A stretch of 63,014 nucleotides of DNA, the filler included, from Thraustochytrium aureum (taxonomy: Eukaryota), in the NCBI GenBank assembly GCA_012862495.1. It is 6 parts of one record of this genome, joined end to end, with 100 filler letters (N's around TTAATTAATTAA, not from the genome) between each part and the next. Parts side by side here need not be neighbours in the genome. Positions count along the whole stretch, not along the records: positions 1 to 22,878 come from BLSG01000029.1; 5 more parts are not named here. The stretch is one strand, 5' to 3'. Of this stretch, positions 1 to 11,930 are shown piece after piece. Every line of letters begins with the position of its first letter. The stretch's first letter is position 1. The position numbers were made by a program, and so were the translations under genes. Below the pieces are notes generated by a model. The model had not been told where the DNA came from. It worked only from the letters and a program-made list of their open reading frames with translations, and ran no database searches.

Positions 1-54
1 CTGTTTGACATTCGTTCGACCTCTGCTGCTCTGCTGCTCTGCTGCTGCAAATGT

Positions 55-160
55 CGCGCTACCAAAACATCGTCTTCGCTTTGCGCTACCAAAACCGTCG
101 TCGCTTTGCGCTACCAAAACCGTCGCCGCTTTGCGCTACCGAACTGCGCGCGCTACCGAA
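55..160. repeat. Short tandem repeat, ~25-bp unit (CGCTTTGCGCTACCAAAACCGTCGT), 4-5 degenerate copies just upstream of the LMBR1-like start
   Basis: GCGCTACC core recurs five times at roughly 20-30 nt spacing. Confidence 0.75.
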
Positions 161-238
161 GTGGGGTTGGAGGAGGACGAGGTCCAGACGCCGATCGAGG
201 CCAGCAGCGGGGAGAGCGCGGCGCGGAACGGCGGCGCG

Positions 239-2250
239 ATGGTGTCGGTGTGGCTGATCGTAAGTTGAGGGTGGCCGTGCCCGGCCGGGCGGGATGCAGC
301 GCCAGTGCAGCGAGGCGCGAGTGGGATTTGCGTCGGCGCCCCCCGGAGGCGGGCTCCTCCGGCAACGGCGAGATGATGCTGCCGACCGGGAGAGAGGGCG
401 GACCCCCGCTGGACGGCGCTTGGGCATATGGCGAAGGATGGGCGCGCAGGCCGCCGGGGGGGGGACGGGGGCGCTGACCGTGCTGGCCGACGTGCGTTTT
501 TGAGCGAGTCAGGTTTTGGCCGTTGTGGTCCCGCTGGTGATCCTCTTGCTCAACTACTACATCGTGGTGTACTTCCAGCACCCAGACGATCGCAACACCT
601 CCTATGTGCCGAAGATTGTCGTGCTCCTCGGGCTCACGGTGGCCATGGCCACCGTGATGATGGTCCCCTTTGACGTGGCAAACCAAGGCGAGCAGTTCGG
701 GTGCGGGGTGTTCACGAACGATTGCGGCGGGCTCATCGGCGTGGACTGGGTATGGATGATCCTGTTTCTGGTGATCACCGTGTGGATATTCTTGGTGATC
801 CCGTTCACCATCTTTTACTACGAATCGTTCGACTTTGAGAACGACACCTCGTGCAAGGCCTGCTGGGCCGCGTCGTGCTCGCAGGTGCTCATGACCGTCG
901 TTGGCGCGGGCATCTTGGTAGTCTGCTTCCTGTTCCTGCGCTTCACGGAGATCCCCGTCAACAACTTTACCATGCCCCCGCTGGGGGCCTGGGTGGCCTG
1001 CCCCGCCGACTCGGCCAACTGCAGCAGCTTCGAGATCGACGTCAGCTCCAACTCCAAGCCGCCCCAGCCCGCCTTTATCCGTTTTGCCACGCAGTTTTTG
1101 GTTTTTCTGCCTGGGTTTCTGGGGTTTGTGGGCTGGTTTCTCTTTTCGCTGTACGCCGGGATCGGTCTCGTGGCGCTGCCGATCGAGCTGATTCGTGCCT
1201 TTGTCTACCGACCCAAGTACATGCCGCGCGACCAGTACAGCAAGCTCAAGCTCGAGGTGCAGAAAAACATGGCCGACCTGCTCGAGCTGGGCCAAAAGCT
1301 CCGCGAGGAGGCCAAGGCGAACGAAGCCTCTGGCATCGGCGTCTCGGCCTACCGGCGGCGCCGCGAAGAGAAGCGCATCTTTAACGAGTTCAAGCAAAAC
1401 GTGATCCGCCTGGAGGAGGACTACAGCGACCTTAAGATGTGCCACGAAAACTGGAAGGTGTACAACCCTTTCGTGCCCTGGTGCAAGCTCGCGGCAGGGG
1501 ATCCTGGGCCTCGTCCTCTCGCTGCTCTGGATCCTGCACATTGTTCTGTACAACCTGGTGCGGGACCCTTATGGGCCCGACGGCGTGCCCACGCTCTACT
1601 TCCTGAACACGCTCTTCAACGCGGCGTCCAAGCAAATCTCCTTCTCGTTCATCGGGACGGTGCTCATCGGGGTGTTCGCGTTTTACCTCCTCTTTGCCAC
1701 GATGAAGGGCAACGAAAAGTTTGGGCTCCGCTTTTTCCTCATCGAGATTCACCCGATGAAGTTTAACGGGACGTACATGAACTCCTTCCTGATCAACACC
1801 AGCCTGGTGCTTTTCACCATTGCTCCGCTCATCCAGTTCGTTTCCAGTGCGTTGAGCGAGTACATTGTGCTCACCGACCTGGACGCCATTTTCGGCCAGC
1901 AGATCACCTTCCTCGTCTTTTTCCGCGTCTTTTACGAGAACAACGTGTTCATCATCATCATGCTCGCCGTTGCCGTCGTGACTGCGATCGTTATGATCTT
2001 CTTCCCGGACGATAAGAACATCAAGCGCTCCAAGCACATGGCCAAGAAGATGGCGCAGTTTAACGAGCAGGCTGCTGAGATGGATCGAAAGGCAGCAGCC
2101 GATGCGCTCGCACAGCGCCGCGAGCAACGCGAGCTGCGCGAGGAGAAGCGCCAGTCAGGTCCGACAGTGTCGTTTGCGCCAAGCGGCCAAGGGTCGTCCA
2201 GCAGGAGCGCGACAACGCCCTTAGACGAGCGAACGATGGCCAACATATAG
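239..2250 (+). CDS. LMBR1/LMBD1-family multi-pass membrane protein; exon 1 239-259, intron 260-512, one apparent frameshift at ~1500
   Basis: ATG239 MVSVWLI|VLAVVVPLVILLLNYYIVVYFQHPDD; GTAAGT...GCTGAC...CAG intron; family-like motifs PFDVAN, IPFTIFYYE, GIGLVALPIELI, IHPMKFNGTYMNSFLIN; ORFs 516-1766 and 1558-2250 join if one G of GGGG(1497-1500) is removed. Confidence 0.85.
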
Positions 2251-3059
2251 CTAAAGGGCTTAGAAACCAACCAGTACATACTCGAGAGGCACGGCACGGC
2301 CATGATGAAGCCAATTCAGGTGTCGGTCCAGATGGACAAAGCCGTTGCGACGTTGCGCCTCGCGCGAGCCAGATTCTTGGCGTACACGGCGTGCTCGCCC
2401 TGTGCCGTTGCCCAGTTAGCTCGCCACAGCCGCGATGAATGATCCAGGGGCTCTCTCGGCTAGAGGAGCCTTTCTTGATTGAAAAGCCTTCTGCACAAGC
2501 ACCAACGGGCCCTGCTTTTGGAGATTGACGTGATTTCGCATTTGCAAAAGTCGCGCCANNNNNNNNNNNNNNNNNNNNNNNNNNNNNNNNNNNNNNNNNN
2601 NNNNNNNNNNNNNNNNNNNNNNNNNNNNNNNNNNNNNNNNNNNNNNNNNNNNNNNNNNNNNNNNNNNNNNNNNNNNNNNNNNNNNNNNNNNNNNNNNNNN
2701 NNNNNNNNNNNNNNNNNNNNNNNNNNNNNNNNNNNNNNNNNNNNNNNNNNNNNNNNNNNNNNNNNNNNNNNNNNNNNNNNNNNNNNNNNNNNNNNNNNNN
2801 NNNNNNNNNNNNNNNNNNNNNNNNNNNNNNNNNNNNNNNNNNNNNNNNNNNNNNNNNNNNNNNNNNNNNNNNNNNNNNNNNNNNNNNNNNNNNNNNNNNN
2901 NNNNNNNNNNNNNNNNNNNNNNNNNNNNNNNNNNNNNNNNNNNNNNNNNNNNNNNNNNNNNNNNNNNNNNNNNNNNNNNNNNNNNNNNNNNNNNNNNNNN
3001 NNNNNNNNNNNNNCTGCCGTCGCAGCGCTCCGGCAGCGAGCGGCACGGGGCAAGCCGAG

Positions 3060-5271
3060 ATGGGAGGCGGCGCGAGCAAGTCGAGCGTGTCGCTGACGGT
3101 CAAACCGCTGAATGCTCTGGATGTGGCCGAGGCGCAGAGGACAACAACGTTTCAGGGACTCCAAGGCGAGTCCTCGATCGTGGTCAGGAGGGGCTGCGAC
3201 CTGTACTTTGCGTTTGAGCTGTCCAAGAATAAGCAAGGCCCGTTTCAGTGCCAGGCAATATTAAGCGATCGGTACAGTCGCGGAGGCTCTGGGGTCAGTT
3301 TACCCTGCTCGATCGGCGGCGCCGAACCAGCGTCCCGCAACCTCGAGGTTCGTCTGGCAATACCTGCCGACTTGTCTATTTCCGCGTACACAATTGCGTT
3401 CCAAGTACAGTCTGGCAACAGCCCAGATCTCGAGAAGATCCCCTGCGGCCACGCACTGGTGGTCCTCTTCAATGCAGCCGACAAGGAGGACGCCTCCGCC
3501 TTTCTTGGCGACGAGGACCTTCGCGAGTCGGCTCTGTACAGTGAAACTGGGGCCAACGTGCTTGGCACCGCTAGTCTCAAGATCAAGCGGCTGTGGCGCT
3601 ATTGCCAAGACAGTGCAGTGGTGCTTGACGCCGCGCTGCTGTTGGCACGCGACTGTCCCCAAGGCAAACGCGGCGATGCCGCCGCGTTCGCTGCTCATTT
3701 GACAGCGCAGGCGGCAGACCAGTTCATGGGCTACTTGAGATCGATACCAAAGCCTGTGGACAGGGATCGTAGAGTGGGGCTGTGCTCCAGTGCGGATCAG
3801 CTCCTGCGCCAGGGTTGTCTGCTCACATTGGAAAAAACTTGCGAGTGGCCTGCAACGCTCTTCCCAATCGGCGGGAGACAGCGGCCGTGGCGGTGACGAC
3901 GACGAGGACGACGACGACGACCAGGTCTTTGCAGAGCAGGCTGGGCTTTGCATCCACGGCGAGCTCGAGTATTGCTGGATATTTGCGAGCTGGCTGGCCA
4001 GTTGCTTCCGCGCGATTGGCATCCCGGCGCGCACGACCACATTATTCAACGTGACGCATTCGCCGACGGAGAAGATATTCAAAGTCTGCCACAGCGCAAG
4101 CGCAAACAGCGGCGACGGCGGTGGCACCTCGGCGGTGCTCGCACAAGCGGCAAACCGAGGCCGGCATAGCAGCGTGCTCTTTTCTGCAGAAGAGGACGCA
4201 AAGGCTATGTTCCGTGCCGTGGACGTGCTGGCCGAGGCCTGGGTGGCCGGGGGCTGGCACGCAGCAAGGGCGCGGGTGAGTAGCAGCGGCGTGCTGCAGG
4301 CGGACCTGCAAAGCCTGAAGGCTCTCGCGCAGACCTTGAAGCCCCACGTAGACCCGACGATCTATATCGACGCCTTCGGACAGCAGCTCAGCTGCCGCAC
4401 ACGTTCCTCGGCCTGGGCCTGCGTTGGTAGCGACATGGTCGTGGAGGAGCGGTCGCAGTACTATGGTCTTTCGACGGCAAGGCACGGCATGGACGCTGGC
4501 GAGCAGACCCCGGAGAAGGGCGTTTCATTTGCTGTCGGCGGCTCTGGCCTTCTTGGTGACCCTGTCCTGCTGACGATCCAAGCCTCGGACGGGCTTGGCT
4601 CGATACATTTTGTGCTAGCCGTGTCTGCTGTTTCCGCCGGCGGCAAGCATCGCAAGGTTTTGCGCACGTTCACCGGTTCGAGTATTGCCCCGTTTTCGCT
4701 TCAGCGCACCGTCGAGTTTGATGATCTCGGGGCATACGCGGACAAGACGATGCCTGTTTTGGAATGCATCTGTGCGGTCAAACGCGATGGGTTTGAAAGC
4801 GGCGCACTGTCCCCTGTTGGTGAAGTTGCGTGCGAGGGTACCTTTACGGTTGGCGGTTTCTTTGAGATCGTTGTGCTTGCCCCGAGCGCGATCGCGGTCC
4901 AGTTAAAGGGGGGCTCGATGCTGGAGCGCGGCGGTCTCGTCCCCGGTTTGCGCGTATGCGACCATATGCGCCAGCGCGTGCCAGACTTTACGGCTAAGAT
5001 CAAGACTGGCTCTGGGCTAGGCCCGCCAGTTGTCCGAGCGGAGGCGCAGTTCAGCACGCGGAGCAAGCTGCCGTCCGGGTTCTCGTTTCCAGAGATGGAC
5101 AAAGCGCAGTGGGTCCTCGTTCTGGCATCCATTGAAACAGACTTGTTTTCTGCGAGTTCAGCCCTCCTGGAAGGGAGGCTGTTCCCTTGGATGCTTACCT
5201 CGTTTGACGAGAGCCTGCCGGCCCCGCGACGGACAAGCGTGATCCTTGACGACATCGAGTCGATCGATTGA
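3060..5271 (+). CDS. Animal-type transglutaminase homologue, probably catalytically impaired, with N-myristoylation signal; frameshift between 3790 and 3896
   Basis: N-terminal sandwich motifs IVVRRG and VLFNA; core YCWIFASWLASCFRAIGIPART resembling GQCWVFA...LGIPAR; MGGGASK start. Confidence 0.75.
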
Positions 5272-5403
5272 TTTCTTTTTGCTCATGTTTTTTTGTAATT
5301 TTAAAAGTTGGGCAAACGTGGGCCCCGCAACGCGCCAGGTTGACTCATTGCTGCTCCCGACGCAACAGGCGAGTTTGCCGTCCGGCCCTCATCCCGTTGG
5401 GCG

Positions 5404-7837
5404 CTAACGGCGCTGTGGCGCGCTCCCAAGGCCCTGGCGGCGTGCAAACTTTGCCTTTCGCTTGTAGTCGTCTCGAAGTTTGGCCCGCATTTTGTACCAG
5501 GACTCGCGCGTGTCTGGTCGGCGGGTAAACCGCGGTGCGAATCCCTGCGGCCAGCGTTGCAGCGCCGCGGCGCTCGCAGCCTGAAGAACATCAGCGAGGG
5601 GGGCAGTCGCCACTTTTCTAGCTCGCATGCCACCTTCAGCAGCGCCTGCTAAAGCCTGCGTCCCAGTCGCTCCAGACACCGCTTCAACAGTCGCAGCCGG
5701 CTCTGCAGCCCCGCCGCCGCCCAAAAAGGAAAAGCCCATGGTCTCGTCTCTATCTGCGTACGCCTCCTCAAAGATTTGGCGGAGGGTACTCTTGGGAGTC
5801 GCGTCGGGTTGTGCGCTGCCCTCGTTGGCCTGCTCTTCGGTGTCTTGCGGTTCGGTTGGCGCTTTGGGCTCAGTGGGCTCCGCGTCCTCTTCGTCACATA
5901 GCTCGACAACCGCAGTAGCGGACTCGTCAGCACGCGCAAGGGCGTCGGTATCGATGTCGTGGCCGAGGACTTTGGCGAGTACGCCCAACGCAGCTTTGCG
6001 CTCCTCTTCGTACTGCTGGAGTACTTCCGGGTCGACCGTCATCGCTTCTGTGCCAGGTTTGGCTACATCGTCATCGTCATCGTCGCTCGAGTTATCTTCG
6101 CTCGACTCTTCGTCGGCTCCGTTGCTTGCTACCTTTCCAACTTTCGCGCCCTTCTTCGCGGTGGGCGACGGGGCTGAGCCAGTGGAGGGCGAGGACGAGG
6201 CACTTGAAGACGTTGATGCCGATGANNNNNNNNNNNNNNNNNNNNNNNNNNNNNNNNNNNNNNNNNNNNNNNNNNNNNNNNNNNNNNNNNNNNNNNNNNN
6301 NNNNNNNNNNNNNNNNNNNNNNNNNNNNNNNNNNNNNNNNNNNNNNNNNNNNNNNNNNNNNNNNNNNNNNNNNNNNNNNNNNNNNNNNNNNNNNNNNNNN
6401 NNNNNNNNNNNNNTTCCTCTCCTCATTGCTTTCGTCGCCATCCTCGTCGGCGGCTTGGTCGTCGTCAGCATGGTTGCTTTTTTCGTCTCCATCATCTCGA
6501 TCTCCCTCGCCCTCGCTATCATCCGCGTTGTCCCCAGAGCTCTCCTCGTCGTGCTCGCTTTCCTTGCTGGATTCGCTGGCCTCATCCATTTTCGTCGCCG
6601 TTTGGTCCACCGGAGGAGCAACATCGTCGTCGTCGTCGTCAGCTGCATCCGAGACATTCTCAGCGACCAAGTCCACGTCTACCGAGTCTTGGTCAACGGC
6701 ACCCTCCAGGTCGTCCTGGTCAGCAGCCTCGTCCTGGTCAGCTGCATTGCTTTCAGCAACATCTTCAGCGGCATCGTCGCCGTCAGGAGACGAGTCCGCT
6801 TCGGCAACATCGTCATCGTCTTCCGCCAGAGCGTCTTCGTCAGCCGAACTCTCGTTGGAACCGCTCGTGTTGACCTGGCCGGTTTCGGCCCGGTGGCCTG
6901 CAAGCCCCGATGACGAATCTTCAGTGCCCTCCATCACGACGACGGCATCGGGGTTCTGGGACGGTTGCACAAGGCCGGCCTGGGCGCCGAGGATCTTTGA
7001 GAGCAGCTTCATACTCTCGCTGGCTTCCGCATCGAGGTTGCCTGCATCAAAGTCGTCACTCTCTCCGCCGTGTACACGTGCCGCTGGGCTGCTCAGTGAG
7101 ACAGCTGAGGGCGCCTGGCCACCTCCGGACGGCGTAGTTGCGCGGGTGTCGTGCGACAGGATATCCTCCGTTCGCCCCACCCCTCGCGCAGCAGCAGGCG
7201 CAGGCGCAGGCTGCTCCGACGCAACCCGGGGTCGCTTCCGGGCTTGTGGCGCAGGCTTTTGCGGTGGCTCGATCGGAGAATAGTCCACGAAAAACGGGAG
7301 CTCTTCTTCGCTGTCACTGTTGAAGATCACGGGCTCTTTCGCAGCGACGCGAAGCAGGCCGCGGCGGCCACGCTTGCAGCGCACGAGAAAATCGCGATTC
7401 GTGTCAGCCACGGCCGCGGAGTGCTCACCGAGAACGGGCGGGGGCTGGTTTCGGTCTCGAAAGCTCCGCTTTGCTTCTCCTCCATGTGACGGCCAAGCCC
7501 CCTGCGGCGCCTTGAGCTGCTCCAGTGAAAACGGTCCTTTGCGAGCGTACGAGACTCTGAGAACGGTCTTCTTCCACTGGCACCCATTGAACGCGCGAAT
7601 GCACAGCGAGGCAGCAGCCGCCGGTCTCACAGTCACAAACGCAAACCTGTCTTGCTCGAGAGGGTTTCCGCCTTCCCTAACCACGACATCCACAATCTCG
7701 CCCTGCCCCTTTAACCCCTTGCTCATCAGAGCCTGCACGCCGTCGCGGTCCATCTCGCCGCGGAGCCCACCAACGTAGAGCCGCGCGGTCCCGAGAGCGT
7801 CAGCGGCCGCCGGCGCCCGATCCCCATCCTCGACCAT
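5404..7837 (-). CDS. RRM-containing acidic nucleolar protein (NOL8/Nop8-like); internal N gap
   Basis: N-terminal RRM (RLYVGGL, RFAFVTV, FNGCQWKKTVLRVSYAR), long D/E tracts, basic C-terminus WYKMRAKLRDDYKRKAKFARR. Confidence 0.7.
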
Positions 7838-8370
7838 TCCACACCCCAATCCCCCAAAAACCGCTTCACGAGGCCGCGCGCAGGGCAAAACGAAGACCAG
7901 CCGAAGCCCTTCTGCCGCCGCCGCCACTGCCCCTGCCCCTGCTGCCGCTGCTGCCGCTCTCCGCTGTTCTGCTGGTCTCCTGCTGCTGCGTTCCCGTGTC
8001 CAATGCGTGTCTGCGCGCAACGTGTGGTTGCCTGCCTAGTTGGTTCCCCACGGAAGAAGCCAGCGGGGAACCCACTGTGGAGTCTTGATCGTGCATTTGG
8101 CTCGTTGATTCCCTCACAACCGGGGCTAATTGGGAACCCGCTGCGCCCACGCCTCTGTTTGCACGGGGAGTCTTGAGAGGCGCTTGGCAGGGCAAAAGAG
8201 GACCCGCAGTGATAACAAAGGCGAGGGGGAGACTTAAGTGTTTAGGTACGGATTGTGCGGTAGGTGTTAGTATTGGACCGGTATTGAGCGTCAAGAGAGG
8301 GCCGCGACAGGCGCCGCTGCGGCAGACGCGCAAGTGGACCGAGACTGCGCGAGGCGCCGCGAGCGCCGAG

Positions 8371-8426
8371 AGGCAGGCAGGCAGGCAGGCGCGCAGCTGA
8401 TCACGTAGGCAGGCAGGCAGGCAGGC
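8371..8426. repeat. (GCAG)n microsatellite upstream of hemC; same repeat at ~12176-12245, ~35325-35411 and 56972-57020
   Basis: Direct reading of GGCA/CTGC tetramer runs. Confidence 0.8.
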
Positions 8427-8481
8427 ATTCGGACGACAGGGCGGCTTGCACGGGTCTGGTCTGCCGGGTGGGCTGCAAGCC

Positions 8482-9908
8482 ATGGCAGAAGCGCGACGCA
8501 ACGCTGCCGTGGTCGCGGCGTTCACCCTGGCTGGGGCAGCGCTGCTGTGCTATGTGAGGCAGCAACGCAAGCAGCAGGGCGCCGTGGACGCCAAGCTCGG
8601 CGGCGGTTTGCGCATCGGCACGCGGAAGAGCGACCTGGCCATGGTGCAGACGAGACACGTTGAGGGTCTGCTGAAAAGGGCGTTTCCCAAGCTCGTGGTG
8701 GAGGTCCAGGAAGGCGTGAACGCTCTGGGCGACCGCGAGCTGGGCGAGTCGCTCAAGAGCCTTGCGGCCAAGACGCCAGGTCTGTTTACCAAGGAGCGGA
8801 GGCAGGGCTGCTGGACGGCCAGTACGACGCCGTCGTGCACTCGCTCAAGGACATGCCAACGACGCTCCCCGAGGGCTTGGTGCTAGCTGCAGTGACCGAG
8901 CGAGAGGATCCTCGTGACGCGCTCGTGGTGCACGCGACGTATCGCGGCATGGGCGGGCTTGCCTCACTCCCCGAAGGGGGCGTGGTCGGCACGAGCTCGA
9001 TCCGCCGCGAGGCGATCCTGCGGCGCGACTATCCTCATCTGGACATCAAGCTTATTCGCGGCAACGTGAACACACGGCTCGCCAAGCTCGACCGCGGCGA
9101 GTACGACGCAATCGTGCTGGCCGTGGCTGGCCTCAAGCGGCTCGGGCCCTCCTTCGAGGCCCGGATCGAGCAGGTCCTCGAGCCGCCGCGCTTTCAGTAC
9201 GGTGTCAGCCAAGGCGCGCTCGGCCTGCAGTGCCGCGCCGACGACGCGCGCACGATCCGCATCCTCAAGGCGGCCGAGCACGCCGACACAGCGGCGCGTT
9301 GTCTGGCGGAGCGCGCGCTCTTGCGCACGCTGCAAGGGGGGTGCCAGGTCCCTCTTGGCGTTGCCACGGAGATAAAGGATGACCGCCTTACGCTGAGCTG
9401 CACGATTTTGGCCGAGGATGGCAGCGACTCGGTTTCTCTGTCTGTCTGCGGGCGCAAAGACGCCCCCGAGGACGTTGGGGTGGTCCTTGCGCGGGAGCTG
9501 CTCGACCACTCTGTCGCGCGCAAGCTTTTGGAGCGCTTCCGGACTGGCGNNNNNNNNNNNNNNNNNNNNNNNNNNNNNNNNNNNNNNNNNNNNNNNNNNN
9601 NNNNNNNNNNNNNNNNNNNNNNNNNNNNNNNNNNNNNNNNNNNNNNNNNNNNNNNNNNNNNNNNNNNNNNNNNNNNNNNNNNNNNNNNNNNNNNNNNNNN
9701 NNNNNNNNNNNNNNNNNNNNNNNNNNNNNNNNNNNNNNNNNNNNNNNNNNNNNNNNNNNNNNNNNNNNNNNNNNNNNNNNNNNNNNNNNNNNNNTTGGAG
9801 CGCTTCCGGACTGGCGACGACCCGCGCCCCCTCACGTACGGCAACGCTGAGGCGCCAAACACGATCGCGCGGCCGCCGCCGGCTGGCAATGTGGCTACGG
9901 TTGAGTGA
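8482..9908 (+). CDS. hemC: Porphobilinogen deaminase (hydroxymethylbilane synthase) with N-terminal hydrophobic extension; frameshift at 8797/8798; spurious gap 9550-9794
   Basis: LRIGTRKSDLAMVQT, GLFTKE, VHSLKDMPT, REDPRDALV, VGTSSIRR, IRGNVNTRLAKL, LAVAGLKRL, QGALG, AERALLRTLQGGCQVP. Confidence 0.95.
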
Positions 9909-10208
9909 TCATGGCTGACACACAAAGGACGGGGTAGGCGGAGGTGGACGGAGCGGGCTGTCGCGGACTAGATCAGTTTCGGCAGCAAGGGCAGCAGCTG
10001 GCCCGCTTGTGGCCGGCAAGGATTCGATTGGGGCCTGCGTTGCGCCTGCGCCCTTCATCAAGCAGAATTGCATCGGGCGCCGTGGCGCGCGGAGACTGGG
10101 CCCAGGCCCAGCCTGCTCGTGCTTCGCCCGCGAGGTGGGGCGGGGGAGGGGGGTTTGCCGCTTTGCCGTAGCCGGGACCAGGGCTCTACTTTGTCAAATC
10201 TACACAAA

Positions 10209-11467
10209 CTACTTCTTCTTTTTGCCCTTCTTGCCCGCCTTCTTGCCCGCCCCGCCACCTGCGCGCAAGAGGGCCTCAAACATATCGCCCGGGAGTTTGA
10301 CGTCAACCAAAAACTCTTTGAGCGTCGCGTTGCCCGTTTTCTTGTCAAAGGCCCCTGATTCGATCAAGACCTGTGCCCCAGACTCCTCGATCCCGTTCTC
10401 GTGCAGCTTGAGCTCGAGCAGAGTCGCGTTCTCCCGCATGGCCTCCGCGAGCTGCGTGAGCGCGTTTACGTCCTGCTTTGCCCTTCGGTTAGAGCCCCTT
10501 TCACCCTCGACCTGGAACCGAGCCAACACGGCGGCAAACTTACGGGTCCAATCTCGTTGAGGCTGATGTCGAGCGATCGCAACGACTTGTTCCTTCCGAG
10601 CGCGCGGGTGAACGCCGCGAGGCCCTCTCCGCCCAGCCTGTTCCCGCGCAGGTTGAGCTGCTCCAGCGACGTGCCGAGACCCGAGAGCAGGTTCTTCACC
10701 GAGCGCCCTCCCTCCGGACCGATCTCGCAGTAGGCGAGGCTGAGCCGCGTCAAAGTCGAGTTGCTGCACAGGCCGTCCGTGAGAACGCGGAGCCCTGTTG
10801 AGCCGAGGTTTGCGTTGTGGTCGAGGTTGAGCGTCAGCAGGTGCGGGTTGCCGCCGGCCTGCAGCACAGAGCAGAGGTACTTGCAGCCCTGCACCGTGAC
10901 ACCGCAGTCCATGAGCTGCAGGAAGCTCACGTGCGGCCCCGGGTCCTTCTTGTCCCGCGCGCGCTCGAGCAGGTAGTCGGAGATCGCCCGCACGCCCTCC
11001 TCGCCGGCGTTCGACCGCCACAGCCGCAGCGTCGTGATGAGGTTGTACTTGCCGCCGAGTCCTTCGTGCGTGCCGAGCAGCGCGTCGGTCAGCGCGCGAA
11101 GCCCGACCGGCCCGAGCTCGGCGTCCACGGTGATGTGGTCGGGCGCCTCCTCGCCATTCAGCACCTCGGTGATCTGCTCGTGCGGCTTGATTCCATACGC
11201 CCTGGCGCAGCAGTGTGGCGATGCAGCGCGCGCCGCCCAGTCAGCAGGTGCCCGTGCCGCGCAGCAACTCGTGCGCCCCAGCCACCCCTCATAACTCACT
11301 TGCACATCAGGCTGTAGTTCTTCGCCAGAACAGCCGGGTCGTTGCTTCCATCCTCTGTTTCGCCGGTCGCCACTCGCGCGTCAGCATGTCTTTTCTCGCC
11401 GCGACGACGCCGGCACCCAACTCACCTTCGCCTTGCGCAGCAGCGCGCCCCCAGCCTTCTTGCCCAT
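10209..11467 (-). CDS. Ribonuclease-inhibitor-type LRR protein with polybasic C-terminus (LRRC73-like, possibly ciliary); introns ~11355-11425, 11202-11299, 10473-10543
   Basis: LxxLxLxxN repeats (LLTLNLDHN, LTRLSLAYCEIG, LEQLNLRGNRLG, LRSLDISLNEIG, LLELKLHENGI); GT-AG introns with CTRAC branch sites; ends KKAGKKGKKKK. The exon 1/2 junction needs an alternative AG or a 1-nt indel. Confidence 0.75.
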
Positions 11468-11845
11468 CCTCGCGCGACCCAAGACCTTCGCTCGCCTGCT
11501 GGCTCCTCCTGCTGACGGGGCCGGACGCTGCCCTTGCTCTGCTGCTCTGGCTCTGCTGCGCTCAGAGCCGCTGCGCTCGAAGCTCTCCTGCGCCGCGGGA
11601 CAGCCGCGGCCCGCAACTCGACTTCCGCGCCGTCGCGCCCCTCAACAACGAGCACGATAAGTCCAGCCTTAATGCGCCCCTGCCGGAACTGCACCGCGAC
11701 GCCTGACGCCGCGGCCGTACCGCGTTAAAAACATCGGTCGCCCGGACGGACTGAGGTAGAGTACCGATGTTAATGCACGCCTCCAAATCAAACGCACAAC
11801 ATGGAATAATCAGCAAACGTCTGTTAAAGAACAGCGAGCTGCATT

Positions 11846-11930
11846 CCCTCGAGGAAACCTCGAGGCGGCACAGGAAACCTCTAGCTAGAGGAAACCTCGA
11901 GGGGCGGCATTTCCTCGAGGAAACATCGAG
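11846..11930. repeat. Cluster of short palindromes (CCTCGAGG, CCTCTAGCTAGAGG, TTCCTCGAGGAA) linked by GGAAAC in a divergent intergenic region
   Basis: Perfect 14-bp palindrome 11878-11891 and 12-bp palindrome 11911-11922. Confidence 0.7.

Noticed and set aside
153..1553. Long antisense ORFs over real genes (also 21659-22822, 33817-35826, 57175-57978)
   Set aside because: Shadow ORFs caused by GC3 codon bias
8042..8072. GGTTCCCC...GGGGAACC hairpin as ncRNA
   Set aside because: Single 8-bp stem with no recognisable RNA family motifs
9528..9816. 22-bp direct repeat flanking the gap in hemC (TSD or insertion)
   Set aside because: Identical contig-end overlap; merging the two copies gives a continuous hemC C-terminus
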